Origin: Aplysia californica | Taxonomy: Eukaryota | Reading direction: 5' to 3' | Length of the DNA: 57,095 nucleotides | NCBI RefSeq assembly: GCF_000002075.1 | Contig: NW_004797300.1 | Span: forward strand, 1,668,510-1,725,604 | In this document: one piece after another, positions 1 to 13,449 of the stretch | How the letters are laid out: each line of letters starts with the position of its first letter | Position numbering within the stretch: the stretch's first letter is position 1 | Translations under genes and position numbers: made by a program | Notes under the pieces: generated by a model | What the model was told of the DNA's origin: nothing | The model's input: the letters and a program-made list of their open reading frames with translations, nothing else | Databases searched by the model: none

Positions 1-175
1 TAAGTACACAAGATGCAAGAGGATAAAGATCCAATACTGTTTCCTGAATTCCGGGAAATACAAGCATTATTCTAGAAACAGAGGTAAATGACAAGAGACA
101 TGTTTAAACATTTCTAGAAAAGTGAAAATTCTTGTAAAAATGAAACCACTCAGCCTAAGATTTCAGCTCCCTTAC

Positions 176-437
176 CATTGTAAACCTGGGACAGAGTGTA
201 GAGCTGGTTGCACTTGGTGATCCACGGTTTGTGAGCTACTAGACCCGCTTCCACGGCTTTGCTCTCCAGGGCCGGCTCAATATCGACGGTGTTACGTGGG
301 ACACGAGCTGACACCAGGGGCCTTGCTTTGGCTGAGTTTGCTCCCCTGCCCTTGGCAGACAACTTTCCGCCTGTGCCGTCAGGGTTCGGAAGATTGCTGA
401 AGCAGTCTTTGAGAATGTTCTTGAACAGTGTGTGGTT
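176..437 (-). CDS. Dynein HC exon 48 (entry to AAA2)
   Basis: NHTLFKNILKDCF..WITKCNQLYTLSQVYN G|gtaagg, equivalent to KxxQLYE..VRHG, phase 0-1. Confidence 0.92.
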
Positions 438-3359
438 CTGGGGAGTGGGGAAACAGGAAAGGTGTTTTAGATTCTATTTGTACTCTATGATAGTGCAATG
501 GTAGCTGGAGAAGCTCTTTTAAGCTTTAGCTGTCTAGCTTTGTTTTTCCTTCTTCTGCAGGGGAGTTTCATCATTTGTACAACGCATTTTGGTAATACAA
601 GTTACAGCTTGTCATGAATCATAAGCCATTGTTGATTTGACAATTTTGTGTTTTCTCAATATTCAACTATTCCCTGCAATCAAAATCATGTAATTGTAGG
701 CAAATCAAGACTTATGAACAGTTTTACATACCTTTCACTCTTTGACAAAAGATCTAGTAAATGGAAAAAGCCTTGTCACAACTCAGTAGTCTGTATGATT
801 TGCATCTATCATTAGATAGCAGTTAATGAACTTGGAGACGTGTGGCTTCACCAATGAAGGTTGGGAGGAGGGAGAGGGTATGTATATGATGCCTGAGAGC
901 AGGACTACATTAAATATATGGCAACCAAGAAAGCTGTTAAGAATCTAACTGACATCAACAAGAACAAAAATGCCAGTCAGCTGCTAAAATGAACTAAGCC
1001 CAAGATTAGGAAAATTTTGGACAAAAAATTCAAAGGTCTAGCCTCTTGAATAATCTGATATTCTTACAGCGTTGAAAGAGGAGGTGAAACTTTATTATGC
1101 ATATTTTTACAAACCTCAGCTGTCAGCCTGGGACTGATGATCTCATCTATTGTCTCACAAACCATTGAGTGCTCTTGCTTGCCCTGTGTGGTCAGAGGAT
1201 TTGGTGTGCCTGGTTTTCTGATCACTCCAATTTGACCAGGCTTGTTAGCTAAAACTGAAGTGGGAGTGAGGAGGAAGGGGGTGGGGGTGAGGGGAGTGAT
1301 ATGTGACACAAGCATGCACAAACACTTGAGTGAAAAATGTGACCAATGCAAAAGGCTAAAAAGGGATGAGACAACAAAATTTTAAAGATTTCATTTAATG
1401 AGATCAAAATAAACTGCGTAAAACGGCAACAAAAGGTGGTTTCAAATTTCTTTGACAACAAAAAAAAGCACAAAAAATAAGCTTATCGACTGCATTAGAA
1501 ACTTTCTGACAGAATTTCAATAACTAAAAAATGCAATGAAAAATAATCAGATCAAAGAGCATTCATGAAGAGGGATTTTGAAAGGTTTTACACAATAATT
1601 ACAATTTGAAAAACTATAACTATTTGTGAATTAAGTGATTTTGAAGGTCTAGACACACTGATATCAAAAGCTCAGTGAGAATGATAATAAAATTCATAAA
1701 CTGACCATTCACAGGGGCCTGGGCAGTTCTGTTGGTTGGTGCCTCCGAACTCTGACTCTCTGAGCGTGATGCCTCATCCTTCAGGTCCCTCTGCACCATC
1801 CGGTCATCTCTGTCGCGGCGCCTCTTCTGGGAGGCTCTCTTCAGGACTCCGATCAGAGCCTGAGTGGTGAAGTGGTGGTGGATCTGCTGTGGCCTGCTCA
1901 GGTAAAGCAGTGAGAAACAAGATTGATTGATTGACTTACTTATTCATTGATTGATTATACATGTTCTACACCCCCATCAATATAGTCCAGATAATTTGGA
2001 ATTCGGCTTCTTCTAACCTACCTGTTGGGGCCAACCCAGGCTGAGTGGTATACAACATTCCAGCAGAAAGATAGAGATGCTTGATAAAAGATACTTCCTC
2101 AAGTAAGAATCAAACTCATGTCCCATGAATGCAAAGGTGGAACAGCCCAACCACAATCATTAAATTTCTACTCACTGTCTCTGAAAATTAGCCATTTCGT
2201 ATACTACATTTCCTTGGTAGCGGTTTAGTTTAAACACAGGTAAAAGAAAAAATTGTTATACTATTTAATTAACTTTATATAAATCATATCATGGAGGTTG
2301 CTACCCTCAATAGGACACAAAAGTTGCTACCCTCAACAGGACAAAAAACTCAAACTCACAGCTGATCCTTGACAAGCTCTGAGAGAAGCTTGAGTCTGTT
2401 GGCCAGCACGATGGGAGCCCTGAAGCCCATGGAGGAACACTTGGCCTTGAGAATCATGCCGATGTCCGGCTTCACCATGGAGATGGTTCGGAACGACTCC
2501 AGGATGTCACTCGGCATTTTGGACTTGGGGTAATTTGACGTGTCCATACTCATAAACAGACCCACTGATCGGCGTAATGGAATCTGGGAGGTAGATAAAA
2601 AGGGTTTTAAAGTTAAGTATAGATTAGCATTATTTGATAGAGAAGAAGCATGTTGACATGATAATGATGATTTTGAGCTGGGGGGGGGGGGGGGGGGGGA
2701 GTATAAGACAGACTGAGAGAATTAACATAACACTAAAGTGTAGAAAAAGAAGTGGCTCCCTCCAACCACCCACTTAAGTTAAAAGTATTGACCTTGCCAC
2801 CCCCATCAATAAAAATGACACTCATCTGTCAAAAAATCAGCAAAAACAACATACCTACCGACAGCATCTCCAACAACAACAACAAAATCCCTACTAACAA
2901 AAGCACTGACTCCCACCATCCTCACCAATAGAAACAATATTTCCAACAAGCAACAACAACAACAATCCCACCATCACCATCACAACGACGACCCCACCAC
3001 CATCACCACCACCACCACCACCACCAACAACAGCAACAGCAACAATAACCTCACCATCACTATCAACATCACAACCCAACCATCACCATCACAATAACAA
3101 TCACACCATCACCATTAACAACAACAACCCTACCATCACAATCAACAACAACAACAACAACAACAATTCCACCATCAACAACAACTACAGCATTTCCACC
3201 ATCAACAACAACAACAACACCAGCAACCCCACCACCATCATCATTAACAACAACAACCCCACCATCACCACCACCAACAACAACAACAATTCCACCATCA
3301 ACAACAATTACAGCATTTCCACCATCAACAACAACAACAACAGCAACCCCACCATCCCC

Positions 3360-3391
<32 letters not shown>

Positions 3392-6300
3392 CAAAAACAA
3401 CAACAACAATTCCATCATCATTAACAACAACCCCACCACCACCATCAACAACAACAACAACAACAGCACCAACACCACTAACAACAACATCATACTTCTG
3501 TGCCATCCACAAGGTACATGTAGGACTGTCTGGCCCGAAGAGCCAAGAAGATGGACTGGACATGGTCAAGCAGCACAGACAGCGCATGTTTGCTCAAGCT
3601 CTGGGCTTCATCACAGCAGCCCCAACATCCATCCTGGAAAAAACAAATGTGTCACGACGGGATAGAATCAGGCGCTCGTCAATTTTGGGGTATCTGGAGT
3701 TATTGGTATCATGTTAAAGCTTGTTCATTTGACCATCTTTTGATTTTTTAAAATACACGCTTATCTCCAACAGAAGTCGAGATATTTGGAATTGAAGGAG
3801 CTTGGGGTTGCCTGGTTTCAGAGGTAAAATTAGCGAGAAAATAGCTGCCAAAGTTTGGTGATTTCCAAAGCTTGAAAGTCCTTGGAAGCTGAAAATTTAC
3901 ATTTGTTGTTCCTTTTATCAAAGTTTTGAAATAAAATACACACCGAATTATGTTTTAAAATGGACATAAAAGATGTTGAGGCAAAAACAAATTTTTAAAA
4001 ATTGGCCAAACAGGAGGAAAAATGTCGATATCTTCGATTTCATTATTTTGACGAGCGCCTGATTTCATCACGATGCCTCACAAATATACTATGTCTTGCA
4101 TTTTTTCTTTTTTTTCTCTTTTGCCTTTTATTTTTGGAGAGGAAGGGGTAAAGAGAGTGGAAATGTGTTTATGTGTGTGTGTATGAGTGGGTTTGTGTTG
4201 TGTGTGTGTGGTGGGGTAGGTGTGAGTGTGTATGTATGTTGACTGCTCAATGTAACACTCATGCATACTTCACTTTTCAAAGCGACGTGAGGCGGAGTCT
4301 TNNNNNNNNNNNNNNNNNNNNNNNNNNNNNNNNNNNNNNNNNNNNNNNNNNNNNNNNNNNNNNNNNNNNNNNNNNNNNNNNNNNNNNNNNNNNNNNNNNN
4401 NNNNNNNNNNNNNNNNNNNNNNNNNNNNNNNNNNNNNNNNNNNNNNNNNNNNNNNNNNNNNNNNNNNNNNAAAGAGTGTACGAGTGAGTACTTGTTTGAC
4501 TGAGTGGGGGTGTGTGTGTCTTTTTTTTTTTAAAGGAAGGTGTAAGAGGGAGGTTCTTTTTACTTTGACACGCTGCTTTAATTCTTGGCTTTTTTTCTAA
4601 ATTACTTAAATTAAACACATACCATTGCCATTCCCTGTGCAATTTTTCCAATACTGGTCGGATCATGCTCAGAGGACACTTGGAACATGCCCAAAAAGTT
4701 TCCAAGAATATTGGCCAGACCCTGACAAGAGGGAAGAGAACACATTGTTAATTGTTTGAGCAAACAGAAGGACATCAACACAATAAAGGTCATTTAGTGC
4801 CATGTAAAAGCAAGGCAGGCAGACAAACACAATAGAAAGATAGTACTGAAACAAGACCAGCAAGTGCCCGCTCATATTGACTGTTATGACATGACAAAGT
4901 GATAAGTGTGTAGAATCACTTTTTAAAGATTTTTTTGGGTATTTGCATGATTTCAATTGAATCAAGCAAAAATGAATATCATTTTCCTGTCCGTTTTTCA
5001 TAGTCATAGTTTTTAAATACCCACAATTTTTTACTGAACACTTCATCGATTTTATATTTCTACTGCTAGGTATAGTGTGATAAACTTTTTCACTTTGATT
5101 CTGACCAAAAAAAAATCTAAAAAGTCTAACTCCTATCTCACCTTGATAGTCTCAGTTTTCCCAACTCCAGGGGGTCCCATCAAAGCAGAGCCCATCATCT
5201 GCTTCAGAGCCAGGGACATGGTGACGAAACATTTCTCCGTGGTGGGGGTGGGGCACACACCCGTGTCCGTCCCATAGAACTCTTTCCCGTACTCGTAGTG
5301 GGAGTCCAGGATCCAGAGCCGAGGCAAGGGCTTCTCCTCCACAGCTGCCAGGACAGGAAACAAGTAACATGCATGTATATCTTTTCCTTTAGTTGTAGTA
5401 AGGAAGGTATTCACGGCACTTGCAACAAAGTTAGGTCATATAGGTGAGAAAATTTGAGGTATTACTAGAGATTGATGTACAGAGAAATGAAGGAGAAGAG
5501 ATAAGGACGACAGTTTAGTTTTTTTTATAGGAAAGAAGGAGCTAACCACAGCTAAACACCCGTCAACCACCCACTACCTTTTGTTTTAATTAGTTTCAGT
5601 AAAGAGAAACACATCAGTTGCATCATGCTGGATTACGAAGCAGATGGTCCTAGTGCTCTACATCCACTTGACTCAGTCTTATCGGAGATGGACATTAAAT
5701 TTGGAAGTCCTGCCTCTTAAAAAAACTTAAATTGTTGAGAGGGGCAGTAAACAATGACTATGACAATGACGGAGCATTTTGACACGATAATGCCAACTTG
5801 GTACATAGAATAAGTAAAACAAACAGACAGAAATAAAAGAAAGAAAGCATGAAGGAAGTAAGACCTACCAGTGGCGCCCTCCAGCAGAAAATGTGATACT
5901 TCAACAACTTACAACACTATAACGTGATACTTGACATGAATAGTATTATTGAGAACAGAACTAGAATGATGCCAATGTGTGATAACGTAAATAGATACTC
6001 ACATCTCATAAAGTTAAAAACAAAGCAAGAAATCATTTAACAGGTCTAGGCATAAAAACTAGTACTGAAGGAAAAATATTTAGCACATTGAATGGTACAA
6101 TGTGATACTAGATATGAAATTACATGTTGATATAAAAAATGGTTACAGAAGGTGATAATCAGAGAAAACATCTTAAAATGATACTGTTCTTTCCATTTAA
6201 ATAGAATTCCACAAATTTCTAAGATCTGATTTTTCACTCAAAAGATTCCGCATCAAAGAAATGTGTTAGTTGGTTAACAACAGTTGGATGACCTATCACA

Positions 6301-9300
6301 AAAATATTATAATATGCCATAAACATAAGCAGAAGCAAAAATTACATTTTTAAAAAAAGATAAAAGCAAAAAACATATCTATGAAAAGGATAGATGCATC
6401 AATTCTACATAACAAAGAAAATTTTGAAGATCTTGACATGAGGTGGAGGGAGCATAAGAATGATATTTTGTGTTTCATACAGAAGCAAGAAAACACGTTA
6501 GTTTAAGACAAAAGCTGGACATGAGCTATATTGGCTCAAGAAACAAAGCGGAACAACTTGATGGGATTCAGATGTATATTTCTTTCCAGATACTTGACAA
6601 TATAAGCCCTGCAGAATTCAGTAACAACTGATACAAGTCCCTTTACTTGCTAAAAGAATTTTTTTTAAAGCTTACAGCAGCACAGTATTCACAAATGAAA
6701 GTAACTGTTTGCTATTCAAAATCTGTAAATATTGAAATGTTTTTAAAGATGTTGACAATTGTTGAAGCACTCTACAGAAACAGAAAACTTTACATTTTAA
6801 TGAAGAGAAATATTGATGTTGTCATCAAGTACTTAATATGATGTGCTTTTAGAAGCAGTATTTCATTAAACCTGATGTCACATAACTCTCAATCTCAAAG
6901 AGAAGAAAAGATACAGAAACAGACCTCAATAATTCATTAACCACGAGATTTATTGTGGACAGGATGCATTTTACAACCCTTTACATAAGCTTCACAGAAG
7001 CATAAAGGCATGATAGCAAAGATCACCACAGTAAACACATGCATGGCCTGCCACAAAGTGATAGGGCCAAATGTTTCAAATTGTAGCCAGAAGAAAAGAG
7101 CTTTTGAAAAGCCTTCAAAGTTCAAAATTAAAAGCACCTTTCTATTTCTAAATAGTTCAGTTAAGATCTATTAACACACACAATAATTGGAAAGGAGTGA
7201 GGAGTAGGAAAATTATGGGGACATAAATATTGAAAAAAGTTACATCCTTTACTAGATACAAAGACAAGTAAAAAGCAAAAGCGTTTCATTAAGATGGGAT
7301 ATGATAAAAGTAAGATGTTGTTACAAGAGAGAGAGAGCAGCAACAATCCTTGAAACATTACACGGAAAACATGTGAACCAGAAAGCAGTACCAACTTGAT
7401 GTTTTATATTGAGCTATGATTACAAACATTTTTGCTTTCCATAACATTTTGGCACAAGAAAGGTACATCACAAGGAAAGTCCTTTAATCATTACAGCAGC
7501 TGAGCTTAAACTGTGCAAAATTAAGATGCTATGGCTTAAGTCGTCTTCCTATGCCAAGTGTAATATGTCACATATTCTAATGATGCAGATGCAACTTTCC
7601 AATACAGATTGATTGTGTTGCAAAACTGTTACTTTCACTACTTCATACCATGGAGTATGCCAAATCATTGTATCTTCAGAGAGCAATTTTACGCGATATT
7701 TTAAAAGTTAGATACATTGGCATCTGTAAAGCATTGATTAGGCTCTTTGCCATGCCTCAGAAGATGTAAGTTGGATTAAAAATAATTGGAAGAAATATCA
7801 TCTAGTATCCCCGTCTTTCTGCTTGAGGGGGAGGGGGAGGGGGGGGGGGATAGTTTGATACACAGCCTTCGTTGACTCAGAAACAGGCAATCAAAGCAGT
7901 CCACTTCCCAAAAAATTTAAATTGTATCAAAAAGGGAAGGAAATAAAATGGGTAAAATCAATTATATAGGCCTACAACCGATGAAATTTCCCTCACATAC
8001 ATTTACATGAAATGTATTGAAATCTACACGAGAAATCTGGGAAGGATATGATGTATGAAGGAGGGAATATACAAAGGCAAACAGCTTTGAAGAAAAACAA
8101 AGAGTTAAAAAGCATGATGTTTGTAGAGCAGGAATGAAAAAATATACAACATGGAAAGGATAAGCAAAATAGGGATTTAGAATTTACCCTCATCGTCCTC
8201 ATCTTCATCATCTGTAGATGCTATAGGGAAACCCCACAATTCACAGTTTAGATATTGTTTCATATATGAACATGGACATATATTATTACTTTTTCTATAA
8301 TAATTGCAAAGGGCTCTGTGACTATACAATTTATATTCAGAAGTAAAAATGTAAAAGCAGCTGATTATTTCATCCAATCAGTGTGCTGTTGACAAAAACA
8401 ATTAAACCAAAGCTGGACGAAATCATTGGTTACCGCACATTTAGTGATCAACTTTTTTAATATGGTAAAGAGAAATGATCCCACTAGTGATCTAAACACA
8501 ATTTTAAAAGGGAAAGTTCGAATACTTCAGAAATCCTATTTTGTCACGTAGCTGTTCCTTTACATACCTCGAAGAGTAATGAGCTGGCTGTTTTACTGAA
8601 GCAAGTACATAAAGATAGCTAACCACCCCAGGTTCCTGGTTTGAAAGCAATAATAGTAAAAAAAAAAAAAATTTTCTTTTCACATCACTTGCCATAAAGA
8701 ATTTATTTGTGCCTATTTGGGAACACAACTTCAGAATTTTAAAAAATCGACAAATAGAAATATGTGTCACGCCACGGTGAAATCCGGCACATGTTAAATT
8801 TGGGGCATATAGAGTTAAGGTATAATCTGAAAGCCTGTTCATTTTCCCTGCTCTTTAAGAAAAAACACCCATCTATTTTGAATAAAAGTGGAGATATTTG
8901 TAATTGAAAGAGGTGGGAGTCATCTGGTGTCAGACGTAAAATTAGCCAGAAAAAGGCTTTCTTTTTAACTGTGGAGGTATCAAAATGGGTGATATGATTA
9001 AAAAACAACCAAATGCTAGTTAGATACCTCCTAGTATCACTTACACCATTCCGCAATAATAAAAACCAGACTGATTATCAGCAAATAACAGCTCAAGTTC
9101 CCACTTGATTCCACTTCTTTTTACGTTACCCCTTAAAATATAAAAGTAAAACTTGTCTGAACTACACACAAACGACTATGTACAAAGATATATCTCCACT
9201 GTAAAAGTAGGAGTCAAGATCTTAGCGCAACTACTGATGCTCTTCCGCCATTGTTATCTTGTAACAAAAAACTGCTGCGTTGCTGTTTTTTTTGTTGTCT

Positions 9301-10734
9301 TTTTTTAAGATATTATATTTGCTGTAGATGTTGAACAGTTGGTGTAACTGTTGTCATCATTGCTGTGCTGCTGTTGTCATTGTTACTGTTGTTGTTTTAT
9401 TGCTGTCAATTGAATTGTGCAGTACACCACAGGACTGTGCTTTGGCATTTCTCCCATCTTTCCCAACAACACAAAGACAACACAACAAATAACGCTGAGC
9501 TCACCTGTCTGACTTCTCTCCCCACCTGCAGAGCCAGGGATTTGTTGCACTGTGGGAGAAAGAAGAGCCATAATATTATTATCTTTTTCCCTCTGCTTCT
9601 TACTGGTTGGAAGAAAGAGAAACACATCAACACAAAATGATCACCTGGTTCCTTGAAAAAGGAAGATTGACAGAAACAACAGAGGCAGAGAAGTGAAAAA
9701 GACCTACCACTGGGACCTCACAACCACGTGCACCAGTGCTTCTGAGAGCAGGGAGAAACGAACCCGAAGGTCGGCGAAATAACTTTGTGGTTCAGTTATC
9801 AAAGCATATAAACTAAGAGATGTATACTAAAAGTTTAAGAGGAACTGGCTGACACTGTCAACTTCATACCAAGACTAGAACAAAAATTCAGAAAATTTCA
9901 ACAGTGAGGTTGAATGTGTAGATCCGACTGGAATAAAAAAAACCCAAAAAACCCCAACACTTTTAGCTTCAAGCTTGGGAATCAAGGCTCTGAGACTTAA
10001 ATATCTTAAGTGTTGGAGAGTTTGCCACCAAAAGCACCACAGAGGTCAACCTCTAAAAAGAAGAGGTAGGTACAGCGCAGAAAATGTAGAAAGTAAAAGA
10101 GAAAAATGATGTAGCAGACCTTGTTTATCACAAAGCAGTTTAACACAAAATTCCTGTAAGCACGAAAGGCTTTCAAATTTCCATTTTATTCTGTTCTTCA
10201 TTTTGTGCACTGCAACTTCCCTTAACATGAAACCTGCACAAAACCAAGAAATCCTCCAGTTCCATGAAGCTTGTGTTATCTGAGTTTGGCTGTAACTTCA
10301 GAAAAAATGAAGCAACAAACCTGAAGCGGGATCAGGCTGCAGGTAACATCTGACACTCCGGCGCCACTCAAAGTCGGTCGTCTCTCTCAGTTTCCTCTGG
10401 CACATGTTCTCCATGATGTCCTTCAGGTATGTGGATTGCTGAGAGAAAGGTTCGGCAAAGTTTTATTCAACAACGTCTTATCTCTTATTAAAAAGTTGTT
10501 ATTTGTTAGTTATATGGAAAAATGTGCAACGGCAGCTCACAACCGTGAAAGTTGAGGGTCATTACACGTCAACCTCTGAGTCAGAGATGACACCTCCAGG
10601 TATCCAGGTATTTATTAGTTGGTACAATGATGGTCCTGCTTCACAAGAAAAAAAATGATGAAAATACAGTAAAACTGGGTGCATTAACTCAGAAAAGTGG
10701 ACTGTAATAACAAGTAGAAGAAGAATCTTCAGAA

Positions 10735-10783
<49 letters not shown>

Positions 10784-13416
10784 AAAAGAGAGAATGGATG
10801 GAAGGAAGAAGGAGCAAGAGTGAGAAATTTTTGCTCTTCTATATTGTGGAAACAAACGTAAGACTGAAATCTATTCAAGGTCAAGAAAACAAAACAAATA
10901 TAGACCATTAATTAAAACCCTCCCCCAACTTACAGTGATCATTGCTTCTATGCGGACTCTGTGCATGGGCAGCATGGGTTCATCAGAGCTCCTCCACATG
11001 CCGCGCAGCAAGACAGTGACCAGTTTGCCAGTGGCCATGCTGTACTTGCGCACCGCGCCGTGCAGTGCCTTCCTGTCATACTTAATCTCAGCGATAGCAG
11101 CCTCACACTCAGCGCTCCAGTGGTACAACAAGCCCAGACGGCACACTTGGGACGGGTACTAAAAACAAGCACACAAAAGTATACCTGATTATTTCCTTTT
11201 GACAAGTAATATTGTAGTGCACATTATTATTTCTATTCAACAAAGAAACTGCAATGAACATCATTTACCCCTTAAGTAAATAAATCGGGGTATTCATAAT
11301 TATTCTCCTTTAAGAAAGAAACTCAGGTATACATTATTTTTTTTCTCTATAACAAATATATTGTCTATTTTCTGACCAAGTAACGTTATGTTGACCAACC
11401 ATTATTATTTTACTCTCCTTTAAACTGAAAATGATTGATAAAAGAGTTCACTACTACCTGCCTCCACACTAATATGTTATGCGTCACAGCATGGTGGAAT
11501 CATGTGCTCGATTGTAAGTTTTTGGGCACATGGAGTTATGGGTATAATCTTAAAGCTTGTTCATTTGTCTTGCTTTTAATTTTTTTTTAAATACCCATCT
11601 ATCATGAATAGACGTAGAACAATTTGTGATTGAAGGAGGTGGGCATCACCAAGTATCTGAACTAAACTTTTTGGTGGTTCCCAAAGCGTAACTCCTTGGA
11701 AACTACTGATTTACATTTTTTGTGCCTTTGATCAATGTTTTTCAGTAAAATTCATACAGAAATGTTTTTACATGGACATAACAGTTGTTAAGTAAGACTC
11801 CTAACAAAATAAAAAAAAGAGATGCCCAATGAAGGAAAATGTCAAGGTCTCAGATTTTATTATTTTAATGAGCACCTGATATCAAAACAATGCCACACAA
11901 ATGTTAAAACAAATCTTAGTCATTGCCTGCCACATGAAGCCACCTTAACAAGACAGCCTTGTTCCTTACCTTGAGTGCCCACTCCTCCAGACCTACTCCA
12001 TTGTTGCAGTCTGAAATGATGGCTTGATTGAGCTGATGTAGCGTGTCCCCAACCGAGTCCCTAAGTTTGCCTAGCCAGACCTCCACACCGTCACTCAGCG
12101 TCACCTGAAAATACAAGGAAATTTTTTTTAAGTTGTTCTTTTTTCTGTTCCCTCTCCGACATATTTTTTTTTGAGTGCCAGGTGCTGTTTCGTGGAAATA
12201 AATAATTAAATTTGCACAGCAATGAAAGTATCTAAATGCTTGAAAAAGAATTTGTCTTTTCTTAGTGTTTGTTTTATATTATATAAAGAGATGCAACGTG
12301 AACCAACAATAGTCATTCAAGGGTAAGTGATTTGGTGTTGGTTATTCTTGTTGTGGTTGTTAGCCTATGTTGTTGTTGTTGCTCAACTGTAGTTAACAGC
12401 AGGTCACCATGGTAACAGCAACATTTCTATAAGAACATATAAAGATAAAAGCAAGACTGAAAAAAAGATATGAGAGGGATAGACAGAAAGAAAAGCAAAT
12501 CAAGAGAAAAAGGAAGATACAGAGCTACACAATAAAGTAGGACTAAAAAGTCTCTCCCCCAAAATTATCCACTATTGAAACGCAAATAGGTCAAAGCTGG
12601 TAAGAAATGCGAATATATCAGGCTTCATATTCGACTTTAAAAATCAAATAGGCCTACACACCAAGAGGGAAGAAAAGGTAAAAACAGATGGTACAATTGA
12701 ATGCCACTGCATGGTAAAAATAATTGCTAACTTTTTTTTCCAATTGATGGATACCTAATTTTCTTTAAAGACAAAAAGTGGTTTTACGTAAACTCGAAAA
12801 GTATTCAGACTTTTGCATACTCATATGAGGATCATCTTTTCACATAATAAAAGGGTTTTTTCGATTAAAGACTCCACGTGTAGACGCACCTTGTCTATGA
12901 GGGAGAGAACTTCCCCATCGGCGCTGTGTACGGCAGTGGCGTCCATGACGATGACATCGTCTACCAGACCCTCAGAGGGAAGCATAGTGGGGCCATGTTG
13001 CATCACACTCGGATTGATATTCTGTCGCAGATATTGAAAAGTATCATTCTGAGATAAGGTCAAAAGATTTTATAATGTGAGATGAAATGAGAGAGGAAAT
13101 ATTAACAAATTTCCTTCGAAATTGAACTGACGAGAGAAGTACGAATCGGGAGTAATTATATGATTTCAGACTGAACAGGATATGAGAAAAAATAAGATGG
13201 GGTTCTATGAGATAGATGAAAAGAGAGATATGGGATGGGTTGGGAAGGAATGCAATGAGACAAACTGAGATTTGATGGGATGGGATGATGATGTGAGTGG
13301 ATATGAGTTAAGATTTCATCTTAACCATTGACAATTTAGTTATAAAGGCACCGATTATCTATGTTTGGTGCTGCTTTAGCCAAAGAGTTGGGATGTCATA
13401 GTGGTTGAAGTCTTAT

Positions 13417-13449
<33 letters not shown>

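Noticed and set aside
2870-3587. Poly-Val/Gly/Leu ORFs and a mucin-like Thr/Pro frame on the plus strand
   Set aside because: Products of an intronic triplet-repeat tract; no start, splice or homology support
9708-9741. 34-nt segment with good acceptor and donor in intron 41
   Set aside because: Length shifts the frame; could be a poison exon but nothing else supports it
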